A stretch of DNA of 64,000 nucleotides from Gammaproteobacteria bacterium (GCA_965220875.1 OZ244849.1:1815606-1879605); one strand, 5' to 3'. Counted from the stretch's first letter, positions 29,249-38,304 are shown. The notes: generated by a model not told the origin, from the sequence alone. Program-made: numbers and translations.

Positions 29249-30199
29249 TCAGGCATTGGCAGTATTCTGCAGTTCAACAGGAAGGCTAAAACGTACATTT
29301 TCCTCAACACCATCCAGCGTAGAAATCTCTAAATCAGCGTAGTCTCGCAATTTTTCAATAAGTTCCTGTACTAACTCTTCAGGTGTTGAAGCTCCGGCAG
29401 TAATTCCTACTGAGCTAACTGCATGTAGCCATTCATAATCAATCTGCGCAGGATCTTCCACCAGATAGCTTGGGGTTCCACTGTCATTGCTGACTTCACA
29501 TAATCGATTTGAATTGGAACTGTTCTGTGCTCCTACCACTAGCATCAAGTCGACTTGTTCTGCCAATGCCCTGACTGCAGCTTGTCGGTTCTGAGTTGCG
29601 TAACAAATATCCTTGGTGTCCGGACCTATAATATTTGGGAACCGCTTCTGCAATGCGTTGATTATTTCCCGAGTATCGTCAACTGACAGGGTAGTCTGGG
29701 TGATGTATGCGATTTTCTTTGGATTATTTACTTCCAAAGCGTACACATCTTCCACAGTACTGACCAAAAATACGGGTCCTGGAATTTGACCCATCGTCCC
29801 TTCTACCTCAGGATGATTTTCGTGCCCAATTAATATGACATCATAGCCTTCAGTAGCATAACGTTTGCCTTCTTTGTGAACCTTGGACACTAATGGACAT
29901 GTAGCATCTATAGTCCGCAAACCACGCACAGATGCATCTTTCCCAATTTTCTCAGACACTCCGTGAGCACTAAACACCACCGTCGATTTACTGGGAATTT
30001 GCTCGACCTCGTCAACAAATTGCACTCCTTTTGCCTTCAATTTTTCAACTACTCGCCTGTTGTGGACAATTTCATGCCGCACGTAAACCGGGTCTTTATA
30101 GAGTTTCAGTACTTTTTCAGTAATAGAAATGGCACGATCAACACCTGCGCAAAACCCACGAGGCTGAGCTAAGATAATGTGGAGTGTTTTTTTACTCAT
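29249..30199 (-). CDS. ispH: 4-hydroxy-3-methylbut-2-enyl diphosphate reductase
   Basis: 316 aa. PRGFCAGVDRAI, HEIVHNRRVV, ATCPLVSKVH, and TQTTLS. Confidence 0.93.
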   Translation of the reverse strand: MSKKTLHIILAQPRGFCAGVDRAISITEKVLKLYKDPVYVRHEIVHNRRVVEKLKAKGVQFVDEVEQIPSKSTVVFSAHGVSEKIGKDASVRGLRTIDATCPLVSKVHKEGKRYATEGYDVILIGHENHPEVEGTMGQIPGPVFLVSTVEDVYALEVNNPKKIAYITQTTLSVDDTREIINALQKRFPNIIGPDTKDICYATQNRQAAVRALAEQVDLMLVVGAQNSSNSNRLCEVSNDSGTPSYLVEDPAQIDYEWLHAVSSVGITAGASTPEELVQELIEKLRDYADLEISTLDGVEENVRFSLPVELQNTANA

Positions 30200-30504
30200 C
30201 CAAGATCCAATTGGTTATCGCCTACCCTACATACTACCATTAAGCTTTACTTGCCGACAGCTTCTCAAAGGAGTACTTCTCACATAGGCTTCAACAGCAC
30301 ATTCAACAAACGACAAGTATTTTTGATAGTCAGGCCTTCTAAGCATCACCCTCTGTTGATTTCAATATCCTATCCGTAAACTAGACTGCTGTTCTGTGTA
30401 ATCATGCATATATGCTGTTTGAACAATGCATTTGCCTGTTCTGCCGATACTCATGACTATATTTGATCATTGAGCAGTACCCCAATTCCAAATCAGGCAA
30501 GCCA

Positions 30505-31572
30505 CTACGTGCCTCTCCTGCCCAAGTTGTTTTTCCCGGTGTGTGGAAGATTGTAGGTCAACGCCCAAAAGAGCAGTTTCAAGGCCAGGTTAGAGCGTAC
30601 TAGCGTATTTGTGACTAAAATAACAGTTCGTACACTGCGCCTGGAAATTTTTACTTCTTGACCGCTTTTGTACGCAGGATTGGCATAAACTTTTCGCAGG
30701 GTCAGTACGGCCATTCCTAATGCCCATAAACAGTGCAAACGTATTCCAGTTTCATGAGTCGGGATTATCAGAATAAACCGCAATGCGTTTGCAAGATGGC
30801 TGCGAGCAATAGCAATCAGTTCTAACAAGCCATTGATAAAACTTGGTGATCCATGAACTTCTGGTAGAGAACTTAATTCATGGCCTGCCTCATGGAAAAC
30901 ATCCCTAGGTAACCAGCAAGCTCCGCGATTCAGGTCGTCCCAAATGTCTTTAAGGATATTAGTCATTTGCAACCCTTGACCAAAGGAGACAGAGAGCTGA
31001 AGTAATTCCTCACGCCGTTCATGAATTTCTGAAGAATAGTCACAAAATAACTCAGTGAGCATTTCACCAACTACGCCAGCTACAAAATAGCAATATCGGT
31101 CGAGATGAGGCAGGTCATCCAGCCCCTCTGAAGAATTTTCTCTCTTTTGAAACTCTTCCATTCCACATGACATAGTTCTTACACAACGTTCCAATGTATC
31201 TTGCTGGAAAGGGCTAAAGCCTTTAGTAACTCGAATTACCTTATCCGTGTTTGCAATTAAGTCATGTTCACTCTCATTAGTCGATGGAGACAGCGATTTG
31301 CTGAGATCACGTGCAAAAGCCTCTGCTTTCTCACTTCCTGCAATAACATTCAAAAACCGTCTCGAGAATAGCTGCTTTTGCTCTAACGACAAAGTGGGTT
31401 CATCCTCGATTGTGTCTGCAATCCGGCAAAGCAGATAAGCATTACCTACTACATCACGCAGTGCATCAGGTAGCTGCGGAATAGTTAAGGCAAAAGTTCT
31501 GGAAACACCTTGCAGGGCTTCCGCCTGAAAAGCTAGATCACTACTGCTTTCGAATCCATGTGAAACAGACAT
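30505..31572 (-). CDS. squalene synthase-like (squalene/phytoene synthase family)
   Basis: 355 aa. VSRTFALTI, two Asp-rich motifs (DTIEDE and DIWDD), and a hydrophobic C-terminus, as in head-to-head Sqs-type enzymes. Confidence 0.75.
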   Translation of the reverse strand: MSVSHGFESSSDLAFQAEALQGVSRTFALTIPQLPDALRDVVGNAYLLCRIADTIEDEPTLSLEQKQLFSRRFLNVIAGSEKAEAFARDLSKSLSPSTNESEHDLIANTDKVIRVTKGFSPFQQDTLERCVRTMSCGMEEFQKRENSSEGLDDLPHLDRYCYFVAGVVGEMLTELFCDYSSEIHERREELLQLSVSFGQGLQMTNILKDIWDDLNRGACWLPRDVFHEAGHELSSLPEVHGSPSFINGLLELIAIARSHLANALRFILIIPTHETGIRLHCLWALGMAVLTLRKVYANPAYKSGQEVKISRRSVRTVILVTNTLVRSNLALKLLFWALTYNLPHTGKNNLGRRGT

Positions 31573-31916
31573 GGATAATTTAAATTATTGAACAATTATT
31601 GAGCAAAATTATTTTACACCTATACAGAACGATGGAAAACTGGAGCAAATATCTGCTTCATTTGTAACAGGTCTCCAGTTACCTTCTTCAATTATCGGAA
31701 TATTCAGAGCATGTCGAGCACACTAGAAACTGCCTGTACTGTTATAGCTAGCCTGGATAAGCCGAAATAATCCAGAGCTAGGCATATACAAGACCACCAA
31801 GTGATATTGCTACATTTAACCTATAACTTGCAAGATGGCATGAACCAGAATAGCTTCCCTACGATGCATTATCACTTGAAGCTCAGTTTGCCTGCCCAAA
31901 TTGCCGGAAATCCAGA

Positions 31917-32254
31917 TTAATCTGCTGCCAAACCCATATGCTTGAGCATCTGTCCGAATCTAGTCTGAAGATCAAATTCCCGCACCATGATAATGGCAAA
32001 CTCGGGGTTAATTAGGTAAATTTCATAGCTGGACCCAGCTCGCCCGACAATAAATTTGTGCTTGCATTCTACTACACCAGTTTGTACCCTACCCAAGCTA
32101 AGGTTGGTGAATGAGCAGGCCCAATCTGCTCGAAGTAGCGCTTCTCATCTAATAGACAACAACCAGTATCAATATATGAGCTGAATGCCTGCTGAACGGT
32201 ACGCACGAAATGCTTTGGAGAGTAACGAAAATTTAGTAGAATTAGGGTTAGCAA
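31917..32254 (-). pseudogene. possible frameshifted remnant of an unknown small gene
   Basis: The track ORF 32072-32254 (..FRYSPKHFVRTVQQAFSSYIDTGCCLLDEKRYFEQIGPAHS..) stops. A protein-like frame then continues in another frame to a TAA at 31917-31919 (..VQTGVVECKHKFIVGRAGSSYEIYLINPEFAIIMVREFDLQTRFGQMLKHMGLAAD). There is no ATG or SD for either part. Confidence 0.25.
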
Positions 32255-32258
32255 ACTT

Positions 32259-32267
32259 TGTTATAAT
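32259..32267 (+). promoter_or_regulatory. extended -10 promoter element (TGtTATAAT) upstream of the first STAS gene
   Basis: tgttataat lies 34 nt upstream of the TTG start. No good -35 element. Confidence 0.35.
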
Positions 32268-32300
32268 CCGCTGCTAGGTTGATATTCTTGGAGGATCACA

Positions 32301-32657
32301 TTGCAAAATAGTCACGTAGAACTGCAGGTTGATCAGGCTGAAGAGGCAGCACTGGTGATAAATGTAATCGGGCGTATTGATGGGGTAAATGCCCAGGAAT
32401 TTTATAATAACCTCAGCAGGAAGATCGATGGTTCTGATAGCCCAGTGATTCTAGACCTTGAAAAACTTACATACATTAGTAGTGCAGGTTTACGATCAAT
32501 TTTGCTTATTGCCAAAACACTGAAAGGAAGAAATACACGATTTATGCTCTGCTCCTTACCTGACCCGATAAAAGAAATTGTCGAAATTGCTGGTTTTGAT
32601 AAAATCATAGACGTCCTTGCATCTCGTTCTGAGGCTATAGCTGAAATAACTGGCTAG
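32301..32657 (+). CDS. STAS-domain protein (anti-sigma-factor antagonist, SpoIIAA/RsbV-like)
   Basis: 118 aa. GRIDGVNAQEF...ILDLEKLTYISSAGLRSILL. TTG start with GGAGGA 5 nt upstream. Confidence 0.8.
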   Translation: MQNSHVELQVDQAEEAALVINVIGRIDGVNAQEFYNNLSRKIDGSDSPVILDLEKLTYISSAGLRSILLIAKTLKGRNTRFMLCSLPDPIKEIVEIAGFDKIIDVLASRSEAIAEITG

Positions 32658-32829
32658 AATCACATAAGGATCAACGCAGTTACTGTAGCCTGCAGTTAAC
32701 GCGACATCACGGTTCACTACGATCAGGTTAATATTCCCAAATTGTTTGATTCAAGTTGAAATTATCTTTTACAACCTCTTGGGCACACAGCCTTAAGGAA
32801 AGTTAAGCTAAATTCACCGGAGAAATAGC

Positions 32830-33183
32830 ATTAGTAGCAATCGGTTTACCCTGCGTGAGGAAGCACTTTCAGACTTGAAAGTGATAAGCGTGGCTGGGCG
32901 CATTGATGGAGTAACAGCGCAAGAGTTCCATGAAGCCATAAACCAAGAATTTCTTCACCCGATACAGCATGTTGTCATGGATTTCAAAGAACTCACATAC
33001 ATCAATAGCGCAGGATTAAGAACGGTTTTATTGGTTGCGAAAGAACTGAGAAAAGCAGGCAAAAAGTTCAAGCTATGTTCCTTGCCTGAGCCAGTCATGC
33101 AAGTCGTTAAGACCTCCGGCATTGACAAGGTTATAGACGTCTGTGATAACCGGTCCGTTGCGATAGCTGAAGTATCCAGTTAA
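32830..33183 (+). CDS. second STAS-domain protein (paralogue); start probably non-canonical ATT
   Basis: The ORF-track version starts at TTG 32875 (102 aa) and lacks the N-terminal strand. The in-frame ATT at 32830 has GGAGA 6 nt upstream and gives 117 aa, matching the paralogue. Motif: VMDFKELTYINSAGLRTVLL. Confidence 0.7.
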   Translation: MSSNRFTLREEALSDLKVISVAGRIDGVTAQEFHEAINQEFLHPIQHVVMDFKELTYINSAGLRTVLLVAKELRKAGKKFKLCSLPEPVMQVVKTSGIDKVIDVCDNRSVAIAEVSS

Positions 33184-33199
33184 CTGAGACTCTTCCAGA

Positions 33200-35479
33200 T
33201 CAGGAAGCTGCCTCCACTTCATGCTCCGTACCAGCTTCTTCATCAACAATTCGATATGCCTCGGGTTTGAGGGGTAACACAACAATCATATCTGTGTATT
33301 CCCCTTCTTTAGTGTCTACACGAATTTCGCCACCATGCTGACGCACAATATCGACGGACATCGATAACCCAAGTCCTGTCCCCTGATCAGGTGGCTTGGT
33401 TGTATAGAAGGGATTGAAAATACGCTCAAGTGCAGACTCGGGTATACCCCCACCATTGTCACGAACGTGTATTTCCACATGTTCATCTGTACGTTGTGTA
33501 CTGAGCTTGAGTGTAGGTTGGTAGCTAGTTTTCGCAGTTTCAGTTACTTCGCGACTTCGAGCACCTTTATAAAGTTTTCTTGACATAGACGGAACAGTTT
33601 TATCTTGCTTCTCACTGGCATCGCTACCCGCCGCAAACTTCTTGCGTTTTTCATCTGTGGCATAGCAGGCATTGGTCACAAGGTTCAAGAAAACCCTGCC
33701 AAGATCTTGTGGCTGTACTGTAATTTCACCTATATCAGGTGAATAGTCTTCCTGGATTTCCAGTTGAAATTCTGTATCCGTTGCACGGGCACTATGGAAT
33801 GCTAGCCAAGCATGCTCGTTCAACAAAACGTTGAGGTCTGTCGGCTGCCACTCTCCGCCACCACGACCCATCTTGAGCATGTCCATCACAATTCTGTTAG
33901 CACGCTGGCCATGTTCATGTATGCGTTTTAAATTGCCTGTCAAATCTTCTGCAATTTCATCTACCAAGCCTTGGTCGTATTCCTCCTTGTCGCCTTCTTG
34001 GTCTTGGGCTTTAGCTACCTCCTCCAATAGTTCTTCAAGTAACTCTTGTGAGACATCCGAAAAATTCATGATGAAATTCATGGGGTTCTTTATTTCATGT
34101 GCTACCCCAGCTGTCAGCTGCCCCAGCGCAGCAAGTTTTTCACGCATAACAATCTGGTCCTGCGCACGCTTCAATTCGTCGTTTGTATCCGCTAACTGTT
34201 CATTTTTTTCCTTCAATTCATCAGCAAGCATTTCTACTAGATTTAGACGTTGAACCTCTAATGCGTTATTCCGGAACACTTCGAGCGCTTTTGCCAATTG
34301 GGCGATTTCATCTTGTCCGTCAACCTTGATGGCAACTTCCAAATTGCCATCGGCCATTTGTTGCATTTGATTCGATATACGACTTAAACGGCGAATCAGG
34401 CGTCTTTGAACAAGCAGCCAGCCAACTAAAATTGCGCCACTCAGACTGATAATATTGACGATTAATAGCAGCTTTTCCCCTGTATCCGTAACAGCAATGG
34501 CTTTACTCGCAATCTCTTCAGTAGCCAAGCTGGAATCATCTACGACGCTTTCCACTCTCGCTACCACATCTATGCCTAAAACCTGGTTGTCGTTAAGCAA
34601 GTCAGAAAGTTCGTCACTCACTTCGAGTTCCCTGGTACGAAGGTCGAACCCGTTACCTTCTCCCTTCCCGATCGAAAGCAAATTTTCAAAAGCCAATGAC
34701 AGGCGGCTGTAGAGAAGGCTGTTTTCAAGTGCCCCAAGTGAACGGCTGACACTTCCGGACGTAGCCTCAAACCGTTCCCTTAATGGTTCCAAGAGAGCCG
34801 GATCCATCACCGTGAATGTTGCAGCCAGCAATTGGGTAGCTATAGCCGCAGCTTCGCGGAGTTCAACAAGATATCGGTAAGTCATAAACTCATTTTCAGA
34901 AAAATGATCTGAACGAGGTGATTGAACTCCATCGAGAGACCTGTAACCGGTAATGGTGTAGAACATCTGGTTATCAATTTCATTGATTAGAATTGAGGTC
35001 AATTTGTCTTGATTATCTTGAAGCTGTTCTCTCAGGTCGAGATTGTTTTGCTGGAGTACAAAACGCTCCCTTACAAGTGTTTTGACTTTCTCTATGTTTT
35101 CAGTAATGCGAAGTCCACCAGCTTGAATCTGCCTGGCACGTTCATCATGCCCCTGACTTTCCAACATTATGGATAGCAGCGCTTTAAATTCATCTGCCTG
35201 CCAGCCTATCGTTGCAGCCATGGTTTCAAACTGCTCAGGTGTACTGGCAGCAAGCCTGGGAGCTGCAGAAACAAGTGCCGTAGTTTGTTGAGCAATAGCA
35301 AAAGCCGATGTCATCTCTGGAACATTCTTTTCACTGATGCTGCGCTGAAATTCACCTATGTTATACAGAAAGGAAAGTGCAAGTATGCTTATTATCAATA
35401 CCAGTGCTACTGCACCTCCAAAGCTTATGTACAGCTGGGTCGCTATCCGAGTCCAAAGCTTCGAAGTAATTCCCTTCAT
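33200..35479 (-). CDS. membrane sensor histidine kinase (TM, ~300-aa extracytoplasmic helical domain, TM, HAMP, HisKA, HATPase_c)
   Basis: 759 aa. H-box GVAHEIKNPMN, N-box FLNLVTNACYA, G1 RDNGGGIP, G2 GTGLGLS, and HAMP DEIAQLAKALEVFRNN. Confidence 0.85.
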   Translation of the reverse strand: MKGITSKLWTRIATQLYISFGGAVALVLIISILALSFLYNIGEFQRSISEKNVPEMTSAFAIAQQTTALVSAAPRLAASTPEQFETMAATIGWQADEFKALLSIMLESQGHDERARQIQAGGLRITENIEKVKTLVRERFVLQQNNLDLREQLQDNQDKLTSILINEIDNQMFYTITGYRSLDGVQSPRSDHFSENEFMTYRYLVELREAAAIATQLLAATFTVMDPALLEPLRERFEATSGSVSRSLGALENSLLYSRLSLAFENLLSIGKGEGNGFDLRTRELEVSDELSDLLNDNQVLGIDVVARVESVVDDSSLATEEIASKAIAVTDTGEKLLLIVNIISLSGAILVGWLLVQRRLIRRLSRISNQMQQMADGNLEVAIKVDGQDEIAQLAKALEVFRNNALEVQRLNLVEMLADELKEKNEQLADTNDELKRAQDQIVMREKLAALGQLTAGVAHEIKNPMNFIMNFSDVSQELLEELLEEVAKAQDQEGDKEEYDQGLVDEIAEDLTGNLKRIHEHGQRANRIVMDMLKMGRGGGEWQPTDLNVLLNEHAWLAFHSARATDTEFQLEIQEDYSPDIGEITVQPQDLGRVFLNLVTNACYATDEKRKKFAAGSDASEKQDKTVPSMSRKLYKGARSREVTETAKTSYQPTLKLSTQRTDEHVEIHVRDNGGGIPESALERIFNPFYTTKPPDQGTGLGLSMSVDIVRQHGGEIRVDTKEGEYTDMIVVLPLKPEAYRIVDEEAGTEHEVEAAS

Positions 35480-35498
35480 CTTAATCTCGTTGCGTATG

Positions 35499-36701
35499 CT
35501 AATGTTTTGCTAACGATGGTACGGAATCTAGGGTAGTAATTGGCGCATACTGGCCATCAGAGTCTATGACTGTCAAAAACACACGATCTGAACCCTGGTT
35601 ATCGTTCAAGCCATACCTCAAAATAAAGCCGTCAAGACTGATATCCTTTCCTGTTCTCAGTACACCATCAATACATTTTCGGTCAACTTGCTCGCCACAC
35701 TGTTCTACTACATATATTGCAAGTCGCCCTGCCAAATATCCTTCAAATGATATAAACCCGGGGCTCGCTTTCGCTTCATATGCTTTTAATGCAGCTCGAT
35801 ACGATAAAGAAGCATGCGTATTACCTGTTGGGAATGGAACCACCTGGGTAACCATTACTCCGGACCCTTGGTCTCCTAACTCAACAGCCAGTGCATTACT
35901 TCCTACAAATGAAAGTGTCATGAAAACAGGATTCATGTCCAGACGACGGGCCCACTTGATAAATGTGGCAGTAGGCTTGTAAGGGCCAACGATGATAATC
36001 GCTTCCGGTTTGGTCGCACGCAGGTCGATAAGCGCAGTTTTGACTGCTACCGTATTTCGGGGAAACACTCCCATACCGACAGCATAAAGATTGCGACGCG
36101 CAAGCGCATTCAATACTCCGCGCAGGCCTGCGAGGCCAAACGAATCATTCTGATAAAGTACAGCAATTCGTTTTATGCCAAGGTCAGCTGTCAATCGCTC
36201 AACCATCTCTTCGGTTTCTTGATAGTACGAGGCACGAAGGTTGATGACAGTTCGACGAGCAGAATTGCGCAGGTATTCTGCTCCAGTCATAGGTGCGACG
36301 TAGGGTACATCATTTGCCTCAGCCACAGGCACTGCTGATTGCGAGGTCGGTGTACCGACTGCACCAATAAGTGCGAACACACCTATGTCTATCAGTTGTT
36401 GAGTGTTCAGAATTGCAGCTTCTGGCTCGTATGCATCATCCAGGAATTGCAGTTCCAGATGACGTCCATTTATCCCGCCCCTATCATTAACCTGTTTAAA
36501 TGCTGCAAGTATGCCAGTCCGCATGCTTCTACCCAGTTCAGCAGCTGGGCCACTGAATGCAGCTGATTGTCCAAACAGGATGCGCTCACTAGACACACCC
36601 GGGGAAACAGTGATTTTTTCCTTTACTTCACCAGACGCAACACTTGCAAAAGCTCCCACAATAAAAAAGGCAAATGCTTTTTTAATTAAGAGCCTGCTCA
36701 T
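35499..36701 (-). CDS. periplasmic ligand-binding protein, type 1 (Leu/Ile/Val-binding-protein-like)
   Basis: 400 aa with a signal peptide. FGQSAAFSGPAAELG.....G....F..VN..GGINGR.L......DD.YEP is typical of the LivJ-like fold. Confidence 0.8.
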   Translation of the reverse strand: MSRLLIKKAFAFFIVGAFASVASGEVKEKITVSPGVSSERILFGQSAAFSGPAAELGRSMRTGILAAFKQVNDRGGINGRHLELQFLDDAYEPEAAILNTQQLIDIGVFALIGAVGTPTSQSAVPVAEANDVPYVAPMTGAEYLRNSARRTVINLRASYYQETEEMVERLTADLGIKRIAVLYQNDSFGLAGLRGVLNALARRNLYAVGMGVFPRNTVAVKTALIDLRATKPEAIIIVGPYKPTATFIKWARRLDMNPVFMTLSFVGSNALAVELGDQGSGVMVTQVVPFPTGNTHASLSYRAALKAYEAKASPGFISFEGYLAGRLAIYVVEQCGEQVDRKCIDGVLRTGKDISLDGFILRYGLNDNQGSDRVFLTVIDSDGQYAPITTLDSVPSLAKH

Positions 36702-36711
36702 GTATTTTCAA

Positions 36712-37143
36712 TCAAGATAGTTTCTTAACCATCACCAAATGATTTCGGGCATTATCACGCTTGTAATTCAGCTCTGACATCATTTGCCGCGCCAATCGTA
36801 TTCCTGCCCCGCCAATACCACGATCTTCAAGCGAGCTATCAACATCTAGCTCGGGGGCATCTTTCAGCGGATCAAATGGAAGCCCATCATCGATAATCTC
36901 AATCGTTACGGCCTTCCCATCTTTTGAAAGTACAATTTCCACATCATGCTCTTGGTTATCGTCGTGTGCATAACTCACAACATTGGTAAAAATTTCCTCC
37001 AAGGAGAGCTGGATTTGAAACAACGCTTCAGGAGGAAGTTCCTGTTCGTCAGCAAATTCTGCTAGCACAGTTTCAATCGTCCTTATTTCTTCTAGGCGGT
37101 TAGGTACGATCAATTTGCGGAAACCTTGCATGCTTTCATCCAA
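36712..37143 (-). CDS. RsbW/SpoIIAB-like anti-sigma serine kinase (HATPase_c_2)
   Basis: 143 aa. N-box-like EEIFTNVVSYAH, IIDDGLPFDP, and RGIGGAGIRLARQM. Confidence 0.8.
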   Translation of the reverse strand: MDESMQGFRKLIVPNRLEEIRTIETVLAEFADEQELPPEALFQIQLSLEEIFTNVVSYAHDDNQEHDVEIVLSKDGKAVTIEIIDDGLPFDPLKDAPELDVDSSLEDRGIGGAGIRLARQMMSELNYKRDNARNHLVMVKKLS

Positions 37144-37146
37144 GTA

Positions 37147-38304
37147 TCAAGTAACACGTAACACGAGGCACGTTATGTCATCAGACTGAGGACTATCGCC
37201 CACAAACTTCCGGACAGAATTAAAAACCATATCGGTCACTTCTTTCGCATCTCCAAAAGTGCCGTCCCGGAAAATCTGGCAAAACCTTTCCATCTCGAAC
37301 AGCTCGCTATCCGATTTTTCAGCCTCGGATACTCCGTCTGTGTAAAACACAATCATGGAGCCAGACTCAAGGACAACAGTATTTTCCTGATACTCAAAAT
37401 CATCTGCTACACCAAGTGCGATACCACCTGTTGTTTCTAGCAGCCCAACAGACATATCCGGCTTGACTATAATTGGAGGATTATGTCCACCGTTCGAGTA
37501 AACAAGTTCTTTAGTATTCGGGTCATATATGCCATACAGAAGTGTCACAAACGTCATGGCATCATTGTCCTCTGACAGCATCTTATTCACTTGGCTGAGA
37601 ACAGAAGAAGGAGACCCGGAGGTTGCAGCACACGCCTTCAACAATGTGCGGCTGGCCATCATAAACATTGCAGCAGGAACTCCCTTATCTGAAACGTCGG
37701 CAATAACCACACCAACTCTTCCGTCAGTAAATTCATATATATCGAAGAAATCTCCCCCTACAGAACGAGCCGGCACCATGCTGGCATACATGTCGAATTC
37801 TTTCTTGGTTGGGAAGGTTGTAGGAAGAATACTCTGCTGCATTCTCCGTGCCACGCCTAACTCGTTCTGGAGAGCAATTAGCTTGTCACGAGTTTCAAGT
37901 GCCTCTCGCCAAAGCTTAAGGTTATCCACCGTGCGCTCTATAGTAACTTTTAGATCAGTGAAATCTATTGGTTTCGTGACAAAATCAAATGCACCACGGT
38001 TCATTGCAGTGCGAATATTGTCCATATCTCCATATGCAGAAACCATTACCGCTCGAATATCAGGATTCACCTCGGAAATTTGCGCCAGCATTGTCAACCC
38101 ATCCATAACGGGCATGTTGATATCTGATAAAACAATATCAAATCCGCTGTCTTTGCGAAGAAGCTCTAATGCTTCAGCCCCATTGTGTGCAAATTCAAAC
38201 TCGTATTGGCCGCGACGTATTTCACGCCGCATTTTCTGCACCATGAGTTCCTGCAAATCTACTTCGTCATCAACTACTAGTATTCGTACAGTATTATCTC
38301 TCAC
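37147..38304 (-). CDS. response regulator fused to PP2C (SpoIIE/RsbU-type) phosphatase
   Basis: 385 aa. REC domain (ILVVDDE...VLSDINMPVMDG...KP), then GGDFFD...VIADVSDKG...NGGHNPP...TDGVSEA...DDITCLVL. GTG start. Confidence 0.88.
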   Translation of the reverse strand: MRDNTVRILVVDDEVDLQELMVQKMRREIRRGQYEFEFAHNGAEALELLRKDSGFDIVLSDINMPVMDGLTMLAQISEVNPDIRAVMVSAYGDMDNIRTAMNRGAFDFVTKPIDFTDLKVTIERTVDNLKLWREALETRDKLIALQNELGVARRMQQSILPTTFPTKKEFDMYASMVPARSVGGDFFDIYEFTDGRVGVVIADVSDKGVPAAMFMMASRTLLKACAATSGSPSSVLSQVNKMLSEDNDAMTFVTLLYGIYDPNTKELVYSNGGHNPPIIVKPDMSVGLLETTGGIALGVADDFEYQENTVVLESGSMIVFYTDGVSEAEKSDSELFEMERFCQIFRDGTFGDAKEVTDMVFNSVRKFVGDSPQSDDITCLVLRVT

